From contig JAVKOQ020000013.1 in NCBI GenBank assembly GCA_031835245.2, positions 62,001-126,000 of the forward strand: a stretch of 64,000 nt of DNA, in the 5' to 3' direction. Numbering within the stretch: position 1 is the stretch's first letter; the number at the start of each line of letters is the position of its first letter. The notes under the pieces are model-generated. The model was not told the DNA's origin, made no database searches, and saw only the letters and a program-made list of their open reading frames with translations. The translations under genes were made by a program, and so were the position numbers. The stretch comes from Balamuthia mandrillaris (taxonomy: Eukaryota). Shown here piece after piece: positions 60,901 to 64,000 of the stretch.

Positions 60901-62966
60901 CTACCTCCTGAGTTTGATGTACAGACAGGTCCATTGGAAATTGCAGTTATTGAGAAACCGACTGATATCTCATCCATTATTAGTTGTTTTGAAATAGAGG
61001 TTTGCTATTATTTTCTCTTGCTTGGTTGTTTGTCTTCGCTGGTGCAAAGGTCGTCTAACTTTCAAACTAAAAGGTGACTGTTCTTTCCGCGAGTCAATTC
61101 GAGGTTTCTGCGGATGGCAAAAGACTTTCCAGCTCTCTTCTTTCCCAAAGTACATCCGAGCGGGGCAGACGTTCATCAAATCCATATGCCACCATCCTCA
61201 ACAAAAACGGAGTTGTGGTGGGGCAGCTGCTTGGTGATGGTGCCTCTCTCGAGTTTGACGACTCCAAAGTCACAGATAACTTTACTCTATGTGTAGATGG
61301 ACGGGTATTTGCAAACCTCTTTAGTTTATTTTCATTATCTTCAATTGAACTAATAATATAACATGCTTGTCGACAGCCGGATATTTCTAAAGATACAAAC
61401 GCCTTTTCTGTGTATGACTTTGCGCTATATGACAGCGCATCGGATACCTGGACACCGCTGAACGCGAACGTAACTTTGACGGAGCGAGAGGAATCAGGCA
61501 GGGACATCACCGCCTACTGCATCTACACCGCAACGAGCGGTACCTACTTTCCTATATATCGAATGCTAGGCTGGGAAACCGCTGAGAACGATCCTCTTTT
61601 CACGGAGGAAGAGGAGATCGCCTTGTGGATTCTGTCGGCCATCTACTTTTGCATAGCACTGCTGTCTATCGCTTCATTGGCTTACAACTTCAAAAATGGC
61701 TTCTTCCTCATTATTACTGTCCAAAGGGTCATTCTGTTATTGTTAATTATTTTTGCTTTGGGTACATTCTCTCGCTTTCTCTCTCTCTTCATGCAATAAC
61801 ACATTCCCTTGGCATATGCCTCTACTAGTGCGAGGAATCTTTTTGGCCCTTCAACCTAATGAGGAAGTTGAAGACCTATCTGATTGGCTCTTTACCATGT
61901 TTTCTGAACTACCAATGTACATCTTCTTCACTATTTACTCCCTTCTTATATTCCACTGGTACGTTCTCTCTCTCTCTCTTGTATCTGAGTCTCAATTTTC
62001 GTGTCACACAACAGGGTGCACATGGTCTCAGGGAGAGACAACACGTTCTTGGGAGTCATGCGTTATCCCTTTATCATTGTCAACACGCTGGTGTACCTCT
62101 CCTTCATCATAGTACTCATCATCTACGAAGAAGTCATACAGGACGAGGACCAGGACGTGCAGGAAGATGTTAATAGGGCCTATGTTACTGTCATCAGCTG
62201 CGTGGTGGTCATTGTCTTGGTCTTCTTTTGGGCATACGGAGGACGTCTGCTCTACCTTGCCAAAGCTACAGCTCCCAAGAAAGTATTAATACGGGTAACG
62301 TTGGTGCTGCTGACCTGCTCCATAGGGTTGGTAATGCAGTTTACATTCCTGTTGGTCATCACCTTCCGTGGCAGCCTCGACTTTTGGATCACCATCGCGC
62401 ATTACCTCTGCTTCGAGATATTGTCGTGCTTGGCCTTGTTAACCGCTTTGTGGAAGCCTCCCTCAAAGCGAGCCTTCAAGTCGATGCAATCCTCTCGCGG
62501 GCAGGATCACAAAACGACCAGCAAAGAGAAAGGTTACTCCTCGGCCAAAGGAGCAGGGGACAGTGGCTCCGTCGAAGATGGGGGTGGAGCCGCTGCTTCC
62601 TCGGCCGTTAGTGGCGGAGGTGGAGTTGGTGCAGGCAGCAGGTTTGAACGTGGTACGAACATCTCGGAAGCCAGGAGTGGAATAGGTGGTGGTGGCGGGG
62701 CTGGAAGCGCGTTTGGAGGAAGGAGAGGGTCGAGAACGGTAAAGAGACAAGACTTGGTGCAAGACGCCAAGGCACCGACGGAAGTGCGACGGTTTACTCC
62801 CACCGTGAGGAGAGAATTGAAGAGGAAAGAAAACGAAGGACAAGGGGAACCAAGAAACAGAGTGCTCAACACGAGACTCTTTGGTCCGTCCAAGCGTCAT
62901 CTGCTTCAATACCAAGAAGACGAAACGGAAGAAGAAACCTCAACAAGCGAAGAAGGAGAAATATAA
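56386..62966 (+). CDS. Large receptor-like protein: signal peptide, very long Cys-rich ectodomain, seven TM helices of THH1/TOM1/TOM3-GPR137 type, Gly/charged cytoplasmic tail; multi-exon
   Basis: Leader WLWATFLTLVLLLCTTQA. Cys-rich exons ~57450-60730 (e.g. TSQEACERGAC, SREQCEATG, NEEECSKCGG). Seven hydrophobic segments 61620-62450 with ELPMYIFFTIYSLLIFHW, VNTLVY, YGGRLLY and HYLCFEIL motifs; stop 62966. Confidence 0.82.
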
Positions 62967-63032
62967 ATAGAAACGAATATAAAAGAAAAGAAAGTTTTAA
63001 AAATGTATTATGTAAATGCGACAATGTCTCGC

Positions 63033-64000
63033 TTACAGTTTCAACATGCCAGCAAAGTTCAACGCGACGTTGAGGACTACGCTCTCCTCCGTCTCACATC
63101 CGCTATTGTCATCCTCAAAGGTAGGAGGCAATCCTTCCAATGTAGATATCAGGGACTCCTCCAGCTCCAACGCCCTCGCGTCGGAGAGCTCAGAGCCAGG
63201 GACAAGGTCCAGGTCACCGTGAAGAGTCACCGTCACTCCGTTTTGGCCGTTCACGAAGTCCTCCACGAGGGCCTTTCCGGCATTACACTCATCGAATTGC
63301 ACGTTATGGAGAAGACCAGCATCCACAGCTTGGTTGAGGAGGTTCTCATCGATGGGGATGTTGTAGTAGTTGACCACTCCTTCGGTGAGGGGGTTGGCCC
63401 AGACGCGGAACTCGTCGACGAGGCCGCGCAATCCTCTTCCGAGCTCAAACTTGAGCTCGTTGTTGTTCCGCTCCAGTAGTTCTGCAAATGCCAACAAAGT
63501 GTATTCTATTGGAAACAAACGTGGCGTCAGTATGCGGAAGAGAGAGAGAGAGAGAGAGAGAGGAGCATTTACCCTTCACAGTGTCGCTCAAGGTAGTGGT
63601 AAAGACAGGAACATGTCCAACATAGACGGTGGCCTTGCTAGCGAGACCGTCGATGGCTACGGCAACGTTGGTCCACCTTTCAGGCAGGACGAAGGGCTCT
63701 CCGGTCACAGCAGGATAGATGTAGTCGTTCCAGTCTGACTCAAAGGGTCCCAGCCTGAAACGAAGGTCTCCGTCGGTGTCTGTTCCCATTTGGAAGACGT
63801 TCTCCAAGGTGACAAAGTCGGCGCGCTTGCTCTCCCCAACGGTGAGCAGATCAGGATAGACAGCAATCTGAAGGGTGGCATACAATGGATCGAACTCCTC
63901 ATGGATGCTTGTGTTGACGGCCACAGATACATACTTGGTCTATATGGCCATACCATTGAGTTAGTCTTTGCATGTGGATAGAAAGGGTAACAAAGAAAAG
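63033..64000 (-). CDS. 3' part of a gene with a concanavalin A-like / laminin G (LamG3) domain; 5' end outside the window
   Basis: LPERWTNVAVAIDGLASKATVYVG...FELGRGLRGLVDEFRVWANPLT...LLHNVQFDE pattern across an intron at ~63485-63572. Confidence 0.65.

Noticed and set aside
1..64000. Apparent frameshifts and fragmented ORFs suggesting pseudogenes or recoding
   Set aside because: Every break I checked is explained by a short GT-AG intron that restores conserved motifs; standard code fits.
1..64000. tRNA, rRNA, transposase, reverse transcriptase or viral genes
   Set aside because: None recognised by eye; small ncRNAs cannot be excluded without tRNAscan-SE/Infernal.

Overview
Gene-dense, intron-rich eukaryotic genomic DNA, not prokaryotic. 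The gene set (MyTH4-FERM myosin of the Dictyostelium MyoI type, MidA/NDUFAF7, two RasGEFs) points to an amoebozoan, but that assignment is inference. I assembled about 21 protein-coding genes by eye across short GT-AG introns, many carrying sense-strand (CT)n microsatellites. In order: myosin-7-like (3'-truncated), PHF12/Rco1-like, a low-complexity protein with a GflB-like C-terminus, LTA4H, a RasGEF fused to two bacterial-type XylR_N/V4R sensor modules, an SSS transporter, a PPR protein, class III eIF4E, NDUFAF7, a sarcosine/pipecolate-oxidase-like protein, BET3, a single-pass membrane protein, a pseudo-Ras-RasGEF, a coiled-coil protein, a GhrA-like dehydrogenase, a GT8, a saccharopine-dehydrogenase-like protein, HEI10, a 3-exon 125-aa secreted Cys-rich protein not recovered intact by the ORF track, a large Cys-rich-ectodomain 7TM (TOM1/GPR137-like) receptor, and the 3' end of a LamG-like gene. 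The strongest leads are (1) the RasGEF-V4R-V4R fusion, a possible small-molecule-gated Ras activator; (2) the head-to-head secreted Cys-rich protein and 7TM receptor pair; (3) the pseudo-GTPase-RasGEF; and (4) a GTCGAC palindrome concentrated in intergenic spacers. Gene models and family calls come from manual reading and remembered motifs; no searches were run.
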